DNA of 64,000 bases from the NCBI GenBank assembly GCA_002269645.1, contig NIVC01000771.1, positions 7,159 to 71,158 on the forward strand, read 5' to 3'. This DNA is from Macrostomum lignano (taxonomy: Eukaryota). This document shows, one piece after another, positions 11,717-25,435 of the stretch. A program made the translations under genes and the position numbers. The notes beneath the pieces were generated by a model, which was given only the letters and a program-made list of their open reading frames with translations, searched no databases and was not told where the DNA came from. The stretch's first letter is position 1. Each line of letters opens with the position of its first letter.

Positions 11717-14700
11717 ATGGCAGAGGGAGGGCCACCGTCATTTGCTGATGAAAGAGTGAGTAAAGTAAAAGTGACAAATTGAGGCACATTGAATATTTGT
11801 TGGCTTGATTGCAGTTGCAGTACCTCACTTACATGTTTGAATGTGCAGCTTGGGTGCCTCAATTGCAGTTGCAGGAACTCACTCAGCCGGACCCCAGCAA
11901 CCGGACACGCGTCGGAGACTCACCAGCCGATCTCCAGACTCTCGCCCAGGACGTTATCCGAGGTGACTTCGGCCAGGTGCGGCGGCTGGCAACGCGCCAG
12001 CTGGTCACCAGCGCTGATGCAGCTCGTCGGACCGTCCTCATGCAGGTGGCCGACGCTCCTGAGACTCCCGTGCAGACTGAAAAGTGCATCTTGTACTTAT
12101 TTGAGCTGGGCGCGAACCCCAAGGCGGCTGACGCGAACGGCGACACGGCTGCGCACCTGGCAGCCCGGCGGGACCACCTGCGGCTGCTGACGCTGCTGTC
12201 GTTCGATGCGAAGTGGCTGCGGAACGACAACGGCGCCACTCCGCTGATGGAGGCGGCGCGGACTGGAAGCTGGAAATGCGCCAAGCACCTGCTGCACCTG
12301 CTCAGGCAGCCTAAGTTCAATGAGTGCAGACAGCACGGAAACTCAAAGAGGTCGCGACTGCTCGGACTGAAGGATCGCGAGGGTCGGACGGCGTCGGACC
12401 TGGCGAGGCTCAGCGGCCACTCAGAGCTGGCCAGCTACATCGAGCGGTGAGTGAGCAGTTCGCTGCTGTGTCCATCAAGTTTTGCAGCATTCGGTTGGGG
12501 TGGCCAGAGCTGCAGTCTCAGGCCAGCTAATCAGAGCCAGTCAGCTGAGCTTGTCTCTGACTGACTGCTTGATGGGGGAGAGCTGTGATTGGCTGGCTGC
12601 CTCCCAGCCAATGGGGTGCCGGTCGATCTCAGTCGAGAATGGAAGCTGTAGGGCCTCGGTGTGCAGTGAGAGTGTGTGGGTCGAGCTGCAGATGGAGAAC
12701 TGGGAGGCTGTGCGTGAGTGCTTTGTGAGACATTGTGAGGTGGAAGGAAACTCATGCTGCAAAAATGGAAAATGAGCTGCGTGTGAGAAGTCGGATGCGC
12801 TCTCGCCAATGCTGATTTTTGCAGAGCTGCTGCAGTCCTCTAGGAAAGTCCATCTGCGAGCAGCTCAGATAATTAAGAATTTCCACTTACTAAATCTATT
12901 ATGAAAATTCTATTGTAAAACTGAAATACTACGAAATTGGTTCTTGTTTTGCTGTTGCAGGGAGATGCGGCTGGTTGTGGATGCAGATGGCAAGATCTCC
13001 GGCCTGACAGACCAGGTGAGCGGCATCTGCGGTGCCGATGCGGCTGCAGCTGAGCAGCTGTGCTTAAATTTCCCGCTCGCCTTTGCAGGAGGAGGCGGAT
13101 CGACAGGAACTACGGCGGCTGGCCGAGGCGGGCGACTCGGCGGGGCTGCGGCGAGCGGCGACCCGCGGCAGCTGCGACCTGCCTGACGGATTTGGTCGCA
13201 CCGCGTTGATGCGGGCAGCTTACAACAGCTCGTGCGATGATGAGGCTCTGTGGGAGCAGCTGGTGCAGCTGGGTGACACCACCTGTGCGGATATATGGAC
13301 TGACAGTTGCCTGCACTATGCAGCCTTTGCTGGCAATTTTGCCGCAGCCTCCGCTCTGCTGGCTGCCGGAGCCTCCGCCAATGCCAGGGGTCGGTGGGAA
13401 TCCACGCCCCTCATGCGGGCAGCCTCTGCGTCCCCCACAACCGCCGCCGCAGTCGGTCGGGTTCTGCTGGACTCAGGGGCGGATTGGAGCCTGAAGGACA
13501 GAAGCGGCGACACTGCGCTGGATTTTGCCACACAGAAGAGAAACAGCAAACTGGCTGAGCTGCTGCGTGGGTGAGTTTCCATGGCGACTGAGAAAGTCTC
13601 TCTGACTTTGATTTATCATTGATAAACATTATGCTGTGATTTATGATTGAATATTGAGCAGCTGACTGCAGTTGCTCTGAGTGGGCATTTTTACATTTTT
13701 GTAGTTTAAATGGGCAGCAGACACTGACTGAGCTGCATTGAGGGAGTTTGCAGTGCAGTTTGGCTGCAGATTGCCAGTTGAATATTAATGTTCAGCTGCC
13801 TGCGAGCTGTGAGACACCAGCAAGAATTTTGATGTGGCTTCTGAGTTTTTAAATATACTAAAGAAAAAAAATTAATTTCTAAACAAAAACTTCATATATG
13901 TCTATACATATCTTATAGATTCATAGATTCTTATATCTTATGTATAACAGTCAGAATTTATTAAAAATAACGACTGCAGTTTTTATAGTAATTTTATGTT
14001 TATCAATACAATATTGATCAAAGAATGACAAAAAATTTAAAGAAAAATTACATGTGTTTCAGATTTGAAGGAGAAGTCTTCTTCGATGAGCGTCTGTGAG
14101 TTCGCTTCAGCACACAGCTACAGCACACAGCTACAGCAGACACAGCTACAGCACATAGTTACAGCACACACAGCTACAGCACACACAGCACACAGCTACA
14201 GCACACACAGCTACAGCACACACAGCTACAGCACACACAGCTACAGCACACACAGCTACAGCACACAGCTACAGCACACAGCTACAGCACACAGCTACAG
14301 CACACAGCTACAGCACACAGCTACAGCACACAGCTACAGCACACAGCTACAGCGCACACAGCTACAGCGCACACAGCTACAGCACACAGCTACAGCACAC
14401 AGCTACAGCACACAGCTACAGCACACAGCTACAGCACACAGCTACAGCACACAGCTACAGCACACACAGCACACAGCTACAGCACACACAGCTACAGCAC
14501 ACACAGCTACAGCACACACAGCGCACAGCTACAGCACACACAGCTACAGCACACACAGCGCACAGCTACAGCACACACAGCACACAGCTACAGCACACAC
14601 AGCTACAGCACACACAGCTACAGCACACAGCTACAGCACACAGCTACAGCACACACAGCACACAGCTACAGCACACACAGCTACAGCACACACAGCGCAC

Positions 14701-17700
14701 AGCTACAGCACACACAGCTACAGCACACACAGCGCACAGCTACAGCACACACAGCACACAGCTACAGCACACACAGCTACAGCACACACAGCTACAGCAC
14801 ACACAGCTACAGCAAATACAGCTACAGCACACACAGCTACAGCACACACAGCACACAGCTACAGCACACAGCTACTGCACACAGCTACAGTACATACAGC
14901 TACGGCCATATTCTAAACGTATTGGTCAGTTCCAGCTGTCATAATTAAGCCAAACACAAATTTTCTAGGAAAGCCAAGCGAGTGCCAACACAATTTCCTG
15001 ACGAAAAAGTAAGTAAAGTTAAAGGAGAGAAAACTGAGACATAGAATAATAATAGACTCAATAGAAGTTTCAGGAACTCTCTCAAATGTTTGAATGTGCA
15101 GCTTGGGTGCCTCAATTGCAGTTGCAGGAACTCACTCACATGTTTGAATGTGCAGCTTGGGTGCCTCAATTGCAGTTGCAGGAACTCACTCACATGTTTG
15201 AATGTGCAGCTTGGGTGCCTCAATTGCAGTTGCAGGAACTCACTCACATGTTTGAATGTGCAGCTTGGGTGCCTCAATTGCAGTTGCAGGAACTCACTCA
15301 CATGTTTGAATGTGCAGCTTGGGTGCCTCAATTGCAGTTGCAGGAACTCACTCACATGTTTGAATGTGCAGCTTGGGTGCCTCAATTGCAGTTGCAGGAA
15401 CTCACTCACATGTTTGAATGTGCAGCTTGGGTGCCTCAATTGCAGTTGCAGGAACTCACTCACATGTTTGAATGTGCAGCTTGGGTGCCTCAATTGCAGT
15501 TGCAGAAGCTCACTCAGCCGGACCCCAGCAACCGGACAAGCGTCGGAGACTCACCAGCCGATCTCCAGACTCTCGCCCACGACGTCATCCGAGGTGACTT
15601 CGGCCAGGTGCGGCGGCTGGCAACGCGCCAGCTGGTCACCAGCGCTGATGCAGCTCGTCGAACCATCCTAATGCTAGCGGCCGACGCTCCTGAGACTCCC
15701 GTGCAGACTGAAAAGTGCATCTTGTACTTATTTGAGCTGGGCGCGAACCCCAAGGCGGCTGACGCGAACGGCGACACGGCTGCGCACCTGGCAGCCCGGC
15801 GGGACCACCTGCGGCTGCTGACGCTGCTGTCGTTCGATGCGAAGTGGCTGCGGAACGACAACGGCGCCACTCCGCTGATGGAGGCGGCGCGGAATGGAAG
15901 CTGGAAATGCGCCAAGCACCTGCTGCACCTGCTCAGGCAGGAAAGGTGCAATGAGAGCAATGAGCTCGGAAACTCGAAGAAGTCGCGGCTGCTCGGACTG
16001 CAGGATCGCGATGGTCGGACGGCGTCGGACCTGGTGAGGCTCAGCGGCCACTCAGAGCTGGCCAGCTACATCGAGCGGTGAGTGAGCAGTTCGCTGCTGT
16101 GTCCATCAAGTTTTGCAGAATTCGGCTGGGGTGGCCAGAGCTGCAGTCTCAAGCCAGCCAATCAGAGCCAGTCAGCTGAGCTTGTCTCTGTCTGACTGCT
16201 TGATGGGCGAGAGCTGTGATTGGCTGGCTGCCTCCCAGCCAATGGGATGCCGGTTGATGTCAGTCGAGAATGGAAGCTGTAGGGCCTCGGTGTGCAGTGA
16301 GAGTGTGTGGGTTGAGCTGCAGATGGAGAACTGGGAGGCTGTGCGTGAGTGCTTTGTGAGACATTGTGAGGTGGAAGGAAACTCATGCTGCAGAAATGGA
16401 AAATGAGCTGCGTGTGAGAAGTCGGATGCGCTCTCGCCAATGCTGGTTGTTGCAGAGCTGCTGCAGTCCTCTTGGAAACTCCATCTGAAAGCAGCTCAGA
16501 TAATTAAGAATTTCCACTTACTAAATCTATTATGAAAATTCTATTGTAAAACTGAAATACTACGAAATTGGTTCTTGTTTTGCTGTTGCAGGGAGATGCG
16601 GCTGGTTGTGGGTGCAGATGGCTGGATCTCCGGCCTGACAGACCAGGTGAGCGGCATCTGCAGTGCCGATGCGGCTGCAGCTGAGCAGCTGTGCTCAAAT
16701 TTCCCGCTCGCCTTTGCAGGAGGAGGCGGATCGACAGGAACTGCGGCGGCTGGCCGAGGCGGGCGACTCGGCGGGGCTGCGGCAAGCGGCGACTCGCGGC
16801 AGCTGCGACCTGCCTGACGAATTTGGTCGCACCGCGTTGATGAAGGCAGCTCGGAACAGCTCGTACGATGATAAGGTTCTGTGGGAGCAGCTGGTGCAGC
16901 TGGGTGACCCCACCTGTGCGGATAGATGGGCTGAGAGTTGCCTGCACTGTGCAGTCAGGGCTGGCAATTCTGCCGCAGCCTCCGCTCTGCTGGCTGCCGG
17001 AGCCTCCGCCAATGCCAGGGGTCAGGGTGAACTCACGCCCCTCATGGATGCAGCCATTTGGGCGCCCCCCGCCACCGCCGCCGCAATCGGTCGAGTTCTG
17101 CTGGACTCAGGGGCGAATTGGAGCCTGAAGAACAGAGACGGCAGGACTGCGCTGGATTTGGCCACACAGGAGGGAAACAGCAAACTGGCTGAGCTGCTGC
17201 GTGGGTGAGTTTCCATGGCGACTGAGAAAGTCTCTCTGACTTTGATTTATCATTGATAAACATCATGCTGTGATTTATGATTGAATATTGAGCAGCTGAC
17301 TGCAGTTGCTCTGAGTGGGCATTTTTACATTTTTGTAGTTTAAATGGGCAGCAGACACTGACTGAGCTGCATTGAGGGAGTTTGCAGTGCAGTTTGACTG
17401 CAGATTGCCAGTTGAATATTAATGTTCAGCTGCCTGCGAGCTGTGAGACACCAGCAAGCATTTTGCTGTGACATTTGTGTTCGATTTTAACACAAAATGT
17501 TTTGGTGCCTAGTTTATTTAGGTTTAATTAAAGCAGAATGAAATAATAAAACACAGAGCATGGGCTCTCATCTGAGTTACTCTGACTTCAGACTCCGCAT
17601 TGCCTATTTAGGTACAACGGCAAGATTTACATCGACGAGCCTCTGGCACTGCCGTGAGTTCCTTCAGCACACAGCTACAGCACACAGCTACAGCACACAC

Positions 17701-19545
17701 AGGTACAGCACACACAGCTACAGCACACACAGCTACAGCACACAGCTACAGCACACAGCTACAGCTACAGCACACAGCTACAGCACACACAGCTACAGCA
17801 CACACAGCTACAGCACACACAGCTACAGCACACAGCTACAGCACACAACTACAGCACACAGCTACAGCTACAGCACACAGCTACAGCAAACACAGCTACA
17901 ACACACAGCTACAGCACACAACTACAGCACACAGCTACAGCACACAGCTACAGCACACAGCTACAGCACACAGCTACAGCACACAGCTACAGCACACACA
18001 GCTACAGCACACAGCTACAGCACACACAGCTACAGCACAAAGCTACAGCACACAGCTACAGCACACAGCTACAGCTACAGCACACAGCTACAGCAAACAC
18101 AGCTACAACACACAGCTACAGCACACAGCTACAGCACACAGCTACAGCACACAGCTACAGCACACACAGCTACAGCACACACAGCTACAGCACACACAGC
18201 TACAGCACACACAGCTACAGCACACACAGCTACAGCACACAGCTACAGCACACAGCTACAGCACACAGCTACAGCACACAGCTACAGCTACAGCACACAG
18301 CTACAGCAAACACAGCTACAACACACAGCTACAGCACACAGCTACAGCACACAGCTACAGCACACAGCTACAGCACACACAGCTACAGCACACACAGCTA
18401 CAGCACACAGCTACAGCACACACAGCTACAGCACACAGCTACAGCACACAGCTACAGCACACAGCTACAGCACACAGCTACAGCACACACATCTACAGCA
18501 CACAGCTACAGCACACAGCTACAGCACACAGCCACAGCATGAAAATTATTCTTCATTGCCTTAATCTGCCTCCTCTCAGCCCCCTTTTCTTGGAGCGCTG
18601 GGACAAAGTTCGCCTCATCGGCCGCGGAGGCTTCGGCGATGTCCACGAAGTTCGAACTGACACGGGCGTCACGTGCGCTGCCAAGACTCTCAGACTGCCT
18701 GTGCAGCTCGGTGATGAGCTGCCCTCTGTGAGCACAGAGATCCACAGAGCTTTCGAGAGCGAGAGAAACCTGTGCCGACTGCGGCATCCCAACATCGTCA
18801 AGTTCTTGCACATCGCTCAGCCGGAGCCTGCCACAGTCGTTGTGTTCATGGAGCTGCTGGACGGCCGAAGCTTGGAGAGGTTTATCGACAACAAGCCGCT
18901 GGACGAGCCAAAGATTCGAGACTTCAGCGAGCAGGTGAGCATTGTGCATCCTTGATGCTCCTGTTCCATGTTCCCATGAATGATGACTGCTCACTGACCG
19001 ACCGCTCGCAGATCTGCCGCGCGCTGCTCTACCTGCACAGCGAGCAGCCGCCCGTGATCCACAGAGACATCAAGTGCGCGAACATAATTGTTTGTGCTGG
19101 CAACACGCGAATCAAGCTGATCGACTTCGGCCTGTCAATCAAGCTGGAGCAGTCAGTCACCCACGTCTCAGGCTCCAAAGCCATCCCCAAAGGCACTCTG
19201 AACTTCATGGCGCCAGAGCTGTTCGGAGCGGGAGAGTCGGACAGCGTGCAGTACAGCAGAGAGTCGGACATCTGGGCGTTCGGCTGCTCGGTCTTCCAGA
19301 TGGCGTCCGGCGCGAGGCCGTTCAAAGGCTATGAAGGATTTTATCCAGTCGCTTTTAAAATCACAAACAGCGGCGCCCCCGCCCTGCCGGACGGCCGGTC
19401 GGCAGAGCTGAGGGATTTCTACAGCCGCTGCACCGCCAAGGAGCGCAGGAGGAGAAGATCCGCACAGGAGCTGCTGGAGCACGAGTTCCTGACGGGCGGG
19501 AAGCTGAAGGCGGGATTTTTCAGATTTTTCGACGCATGGAAATGA
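11717..19545 (+). CDS. Ankyrin-repeat Ser/Thr (MAP3K/STE-like) kinase gene 1, doubled ankyrin block, ~1087 aa
   Basis: Exons 11717-11755, 11875-12446, 12961-13015, 13089-13570, 14063-14095, 14969-15008, 15506-16077, 16592-16646, 16720-17204, 17612-17653, 18580-18934, 19012-19545. All introns are GT-AG and phases are compatible (3264 nt). Exon 2/7 acceptors may lie 12 nt downstream. Kinase motifs: GRGGFG, AAKT, HRDIKCAN, DFG, GTLNFMAPE, DIWAFGC. Confidence 0.8.
14108..14900. repeat. (CAGCACACAGCTA)-type intronic microsatellite
   Basis: Low-complexity ACAGC array after the micro-exon. ORF 14065..14916 is an artefact. Confidence 0.95.
15086..15517 (+). repeat. 54-bp tandem repeat x8 duplicating the splice-acceptor region of the second ANK-A exon
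   Basis: Unit catgtttgaatgtgcagcttgggtgcctcaattgcagttgcaggaactcactca, reading MFECAAWVPQLQLQELTH in frame. It is single-copy at the paralogous sites ~11832 and ~39170. Confidence 0.95.
17665..18539. repeat. (CAGCACACAGCTA)-type intronic microsatellite
   Basis: Same repeat and same intron position as 14108-14900. Confidence 0.95.
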
Positions 19546-20559
19546 GAGAAGCTGAGGTTGTTGTTGACGCGTGTTGAGAACGGTTGCACTATTTTCTGAC
19601 GGTTCTTGGTTAGCCTTCATTCAGATCCAGCATCCGCCATCATCCACCCCAGCATCATCAGCATCCTCAACTCAACCTTACCGCTGAAAATGCGCCTAAA
19701 AATGAGACCTAACAAACCATTTTTGCTCACGCCATGATCAGCATATCTGTTTTCCCTGCTGTGCGGAGACTGGGTGGGGATTTCTCTGATTTTGATGCGG
19801 TTTGAGAAGTGTGGGATCATTCTGTTTGCTGGATGAAGCCGTGGTTTTCGCTAAAAATTTATTCTAAGCTGGCCCTACGCCGCAGTTTTTCTATTGGACT
19901 TTGTGGTACATTTTGTGGAAGGACAATTAAGTCGAATTTAGACCAGCTTGTAATTAATTTCTGAGAACGATTGACTCAACTCTGCTCAATTTTCAGACAA
20001 TATTTACTCAAATTTTCCGTTCCTTGTCTGGAGTTCTCCCGAATTACCCATTATTTATTCCAGAACCGTTTGATGAATATCCCGCATACACAGGCTGTAA
20101 CTGCTTCAACTCCCCTGTGACTGAGTGCCAGGTGCACCCAGGAAATTTACTCATTTTTTATCTTATAGTGTTTATTTGCACCGCAGGCGTTACCGCCTCT
20201 TTTACTCTCTGCCCCACCTCTTTTACTCTCTGCCCCACCTCTTTTACTCTCTGCCCCACCTCTTTTACTCTCTGCCCTCCCTTAAGCTGCTCAAATTCCA
20301 ATCTGTACTCAAGCTCTGCTATTTGCCATCTGCTGCTGTTGCTTTTTTGTGAGCTTTGTGGCGAATTACTCAAATATACTCACGTGTGACTCTCTAGCAT
20401 ACCGGAACTGCCCGACTCTCAGCACTGAGTGGCTGTCGTGTTTGCTTAACTCAACTGCTGATAAAAATGAAAATGAAATTCGGGGGGTGGGAGAGTGAGA
20501 TGCTGAAATAGCAGCTGCAGAGAGAGTAGAGCCAGCTGCAGAGAGAGTAGAGACAGCTG

Positions 20560-21180
20560 AGCTGAGACCTGATGGAGAATAGAGAAACTGAGCTGAGATC
20601 TGACGGAGAATAGAGAAACTGAGCTGAGATCTGACGGAGAATAGAGAAACTGAGCTGAGATCTGATGGAGACTGGAGAAGCTGAGCTGGGATCTGATGGA
20701 GAATAGAAGCTGAGCTGAGATCTGATGGAGAATAGAGAAGCTGAGCCAGGATCTGATGGAGAATAGAGAAGCTGAGCTGGGATCTGATGGAGAATAGAGA
20801 AGCTGAGCTGAGATCTGATGGAGAATAGAGAAACTGAGCTGAGATCTGATGGAGAATAGAGAAGCTGAGCTGGGATCTGATGGAGAATAGAGAAGCTGAG
20901 CTGAGATCTGATAGAGAATAGAGAAACTGAGCTGAGATCTGATAGAGAATAGAGAAACTGAGCTGAGATCTGATGGAGAATAGAGAAACTGAGCTGGGAT
21001 CTGATGGAGAATAGAGAAGCTGAGCTGGGATCTGATGGAGAATAGAGAAGCTGAGCTGGGATCTGATGGAGAATAGAGAAGCTGAGCTGGGATCTGATGG
21101 AGAATACAGAAGCTGAGCAGGGATCTGATGGAGAATAGAGAAGCTGAGCTGGAATCTGATGGAGAAGAGAAGCTGAGCTG
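20560..21180. repeat. 31-bp minisatellite (gatctgatggagaatagagaagctgagctgg); other copies at 30785-31000 and 45750-46470
   Basis: Direct reading. Each array is followed by the same gttgacaatctcagcagtgaa flank. Confidence 0.95.
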
Positions 21181-21251
21181 TCGAGTTGACAATCTCAGCA
21201 GTGAAATGCTGAATTGCCGGTCACCGAATGCAATGCAATAAATGCAATAAT

Positions 21252-23472
21252 TGATGTAACCACGCTCTGGTCGCGGGATAGGGCATGGGAACTTTTTCGA
21301 AAGTGCCTCCTATCCCGTGTACCCTCTGCACAGAGCTGTCGAGACTCGGCCAGGTCTCCGACCGGGCCTGGAGACTCCCGCTCTGCTGCACCCCTCCTGC
21401 TGCCTTGGTCCCGTCTCTCCTGCCGCCACACCTGCCTTTCCGGAGCCCCTACCCCTTTCTGTACCTCCCCCTCTACCCTATCTCTTCTGTTCCGCCCTAT
21501 TCTTCCTGTACTTTCTCTACCTCCTCCCTTTTTTTGTCTCCCTCTGCACTCTTTTCCTGCGCTGTCCCCTCTTTCCCTGTGTCTACTTACAGTACTTTGT
21601 GTGCTCACCGTCTCCCCATCCCCTCTCAAACTCCCAAACGGTGACGCAAGTCGTGTGACCCCTTCTCCCCCTCGGTGACTCATCGATGACTCATCCCCCT
21701 CTCTTGCGCAACCTTTTCTCACGCTATTGTTCTCCTTCCCAAATTTCTCATGTGACACCCACCCCACCTCCGCTTCTATTGTTCTCGTTTTTGCTTCTTT
21801 TGTTCTCTCGACCCCCACCAATTATCACATTTTCTCCGATTTTCTCTTTCTTTTGTTCTCGTTTTCGCACCTAATTATCACCTTTTCTCCAATGTTTACT
21901 TTTCCATTGTTCTCAGTTTTCCCCAATTATCCCCGATTTCCAATTCCTTTGTTCTCGACCCCAGCCCTATTGTTCTCAATGTTTGCTTGCGCAACACTTT
22001 CGCGACCACCCGCTGCGCCAATTATCCCCCCACCCCACCTCCGGATTGCGCAATTTCCCGATTTCTCATGTTGCTATGCCGGTCTCATGCTTCTCATCAT
22101 GACTCATTCTGACGTCATTCTGCCGGCAGCCAATCAGAGAGAGGGAGCCATGGTAACGACCTTGAGGAGGCGGCTGTGAGGTCTATAAAAGGAAGCGATT
22201 TCGGCATGAGAATACTCAACTGAGTTTATCTCTGTTCCTCTCCTCGTCCTTCTTTGGACTTGCTGTCAGATTGAGTTCTGACCCATTCGTCTATAAGACG
22301 AATCCCTGCCGGTCCGCGGTCTGTTACCGCCAAGTTATCCTTAGCTCCCCAAGTGAGCTCGCCTATCTGCCAGCGGTCTGATACCGCCCAGCATCATCAG
22401 CATCGCCTGATCTACATCAGCGCCTCGTCGCTCCAGCGCATCGCCGCTTCACCGTCTGCCTGACTGCAGCCTACAGCCGCCCTCGGTCACTCCGCCTCTC
22501 TCTCTCTCTCTCTGTGCAGCTGCCGGTAAGTTCCTGCTACTAATTTGTGCTCTAATTGCCTTTGCTTATCCGGGGTTTGCCTATTTTCCATTGTCTGATC
22601 AGAGAGCTGAGCCAATTGTGATACCGTATCTTTTGCTGTATTTTACTCAATAGTGAAGCCGCCTAATTGCCTGCTTATTTGCCTAAGGGCCTAATTATTA
22701 ACTATTAACTAACTTCATCATTATTCAATCTTTCACCATCATTTCACTCATGGCTTGCTAAGCCTTTCTCCCGGGGTGGCAAAGCATAAGGAAGTTTGGG
22801 TAAGCTAATGGCCTCTCCCCGTGCAAAGCCCGCCTGTGAGTGCGTGCTGCGGGGCCGCGTGTGCGTGCAGTAGAGGGATTAGCGAGTCTTGGCACAGAAT
22901 GGCAGTAGGAAGGTTGCAACCCCATGCTAACGCGTCCCTTCGCCCTGAGCAATCTAAACTGTAGACAGTACATGTTCGCCTCATACTACTCTTAGTAATC
23001 AAAGTCGCAAGTCAGCCTCGCTCACAGCCACAAAGGATCCCCTGCTGAGAAATCCTCCAGGATTGAGCCCAGAGTTCCCGATCATGCCCCAAGCAGAGTC
23101 CCTGTACTCGGCTGCATGCGTCTCCCCTGTTAGCCTAAATCCCCTGGTAACCAATCCAGGCGGGGCTCTAGCCTCGAGAGGTCTGGTAGAAAGATCCAGG
23201 TGCGCCAGGTCACATAGAGTGGTGGCAGCCACTCGGTCATACCATGACCGAGTGACCAACTATTGCACCTTGGCTACAGGTGGGGTCCATGTGGGTCCTT
23301 GGCCCTCTGGTCACGAAGCGCTACCAAAGCTACTAATCATGTGGGCGGGACAGTCTGGTGCTGGAGGTCCGTCAGGTCATTGCCCGGTCATAGGCAGCCT
23401 ACGGTCATTGCCCCCTCTAGCCATGCGTTCGTCTCTCTACGGAGCGGACAGGCGACAAGGGCGGTTACATCA
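21252..23472 (+). mobile_element. Probable solo LTR (2.2 kb)
   Basis: Ends TGATGTAACC...GGTTACATCA with a 4-bp TSD TAAT on both sides. Absent from the paralogous sites at ~31060 and ~46520. Internal CCAAT (~22130) and TATAAAA (~22184). No coding capacity recognised. Confidence 0.8.
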
Positions 23473-23929
23473 TAATAAAAATAATAAAAATGCAATAAAA
23501 AGGCAGGCAGCCGCAGTGCACAGATAAACTGTGTGGAATCCAAAATCTGCCTGTATGTGAGGGATTGGTGAGAGGGGATGGGTGAGAAGGGAAGGGGTGA
23601 GAGGGGGATATAAGATGATTATGGAACATAAGCAATGGTTGTGTGCAGGAGTACAGCTACCTGAAGGATAGCTGTGAGATTGATAAATTCTGTTAGTTGA
23701 TATGCGTGCACGTGCAGCTGGCTAAGAGAGCCCTGTGAGCAGGACTGCTCAAGCTCGCAGCTAACCAAACCTCGAGCTGTGCGAGCATTTGCTACAAAAT
23801 TAAACAAAACTGCTTGAGAAGCCAGTTTTTCACAAGCCAAAGACAGAACAATGAAACCGATGGAGAGGCGGACTCGAATATGCAATAGAATTGAATTTTT
23901 ACAGATGCGCTACAAAACACGGACTGAGC

Positions 23930-24748
<819 letters not shown>

Positions 24749-25149
24749 GCAGAGTGAAGTGCATCGAAGAGACGCTGGAAAATTTCAAAACAGCGCCCAC
24801 CCCCAAGAGCCCCAAGGCAGTGCAAGAGGTCTGTGACTCACTTTTGAGTAAAATAGTCTGCCATACGAATTTTCAGGTGAAATTAAATTTCTGGAAAATT
24901 CCACGCAGCCCATCTCTTTTATGACAAATGATATTCTTCCATGATACTAAAAATGAGTAAGCGATATTGTTTAAAGACATTTGAAAAATTTTTGGACTCA
25001 CAGATTATGTACCCCAGGAGGGCAAAGAAGCGATGCATAGAGATCGATGGCAGCTGCTGTACCGTGTTTTCTTCATGCTTTTGGAAGTATTGTGGATGCC
25101 TCATCAGTATCGATATTGGCCCCTCCAATTGGCCGGCGGCCAACCCTGC

Positions 25150-25435
25150 ACCCACCCTGTCTCTCTCCCTGCCCCTCACCCTGCATCCCAGCCTGTCTCT
25201 CTTCCTGCCCCTCACCCTACATCCCAGCCTGTCTCTCTCCCTGCCCCTCACCCTGCATCCCAGCCTGTCTCTCTCCCTGCCCCTCACCCTGCATCCCAGC
25301 CGGTCTCTCTCCCTGCCCCTCACCCTGCATCCCAGCCGGTCTCTCTTCCTTCCCCTCACCCTACATCCCAGCCGGTCTCTCTCCCTGCCCCTCACCCTAC
25401 ATCCCAGCCGGTATCTCTCCCTGCCCCTCACCCTC
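25150..25435. repeat. 36-bp tandem repeat (~8 units)
   Basis: Unit ccctcaccctgcatcccagcctgtctctctccctgc. Only 1-2 units at the paralogous sites ~33140 and ~48545. Confidence 0.93.

Noticed and set aside
11809-13574. ANK-A and ANK-B as separate single-exon genes
   Set aside because: Their apparent TGA stops lie inside GTGAGT donors, and the exons join in phase through a 55-nt linker exon.
14065-18564. His/Thr/Gln-rich ORFs read into the kinase
   Set aside because: Intronic ACAGC microsatellite. Splice sites and phases exclude it from the CDS.
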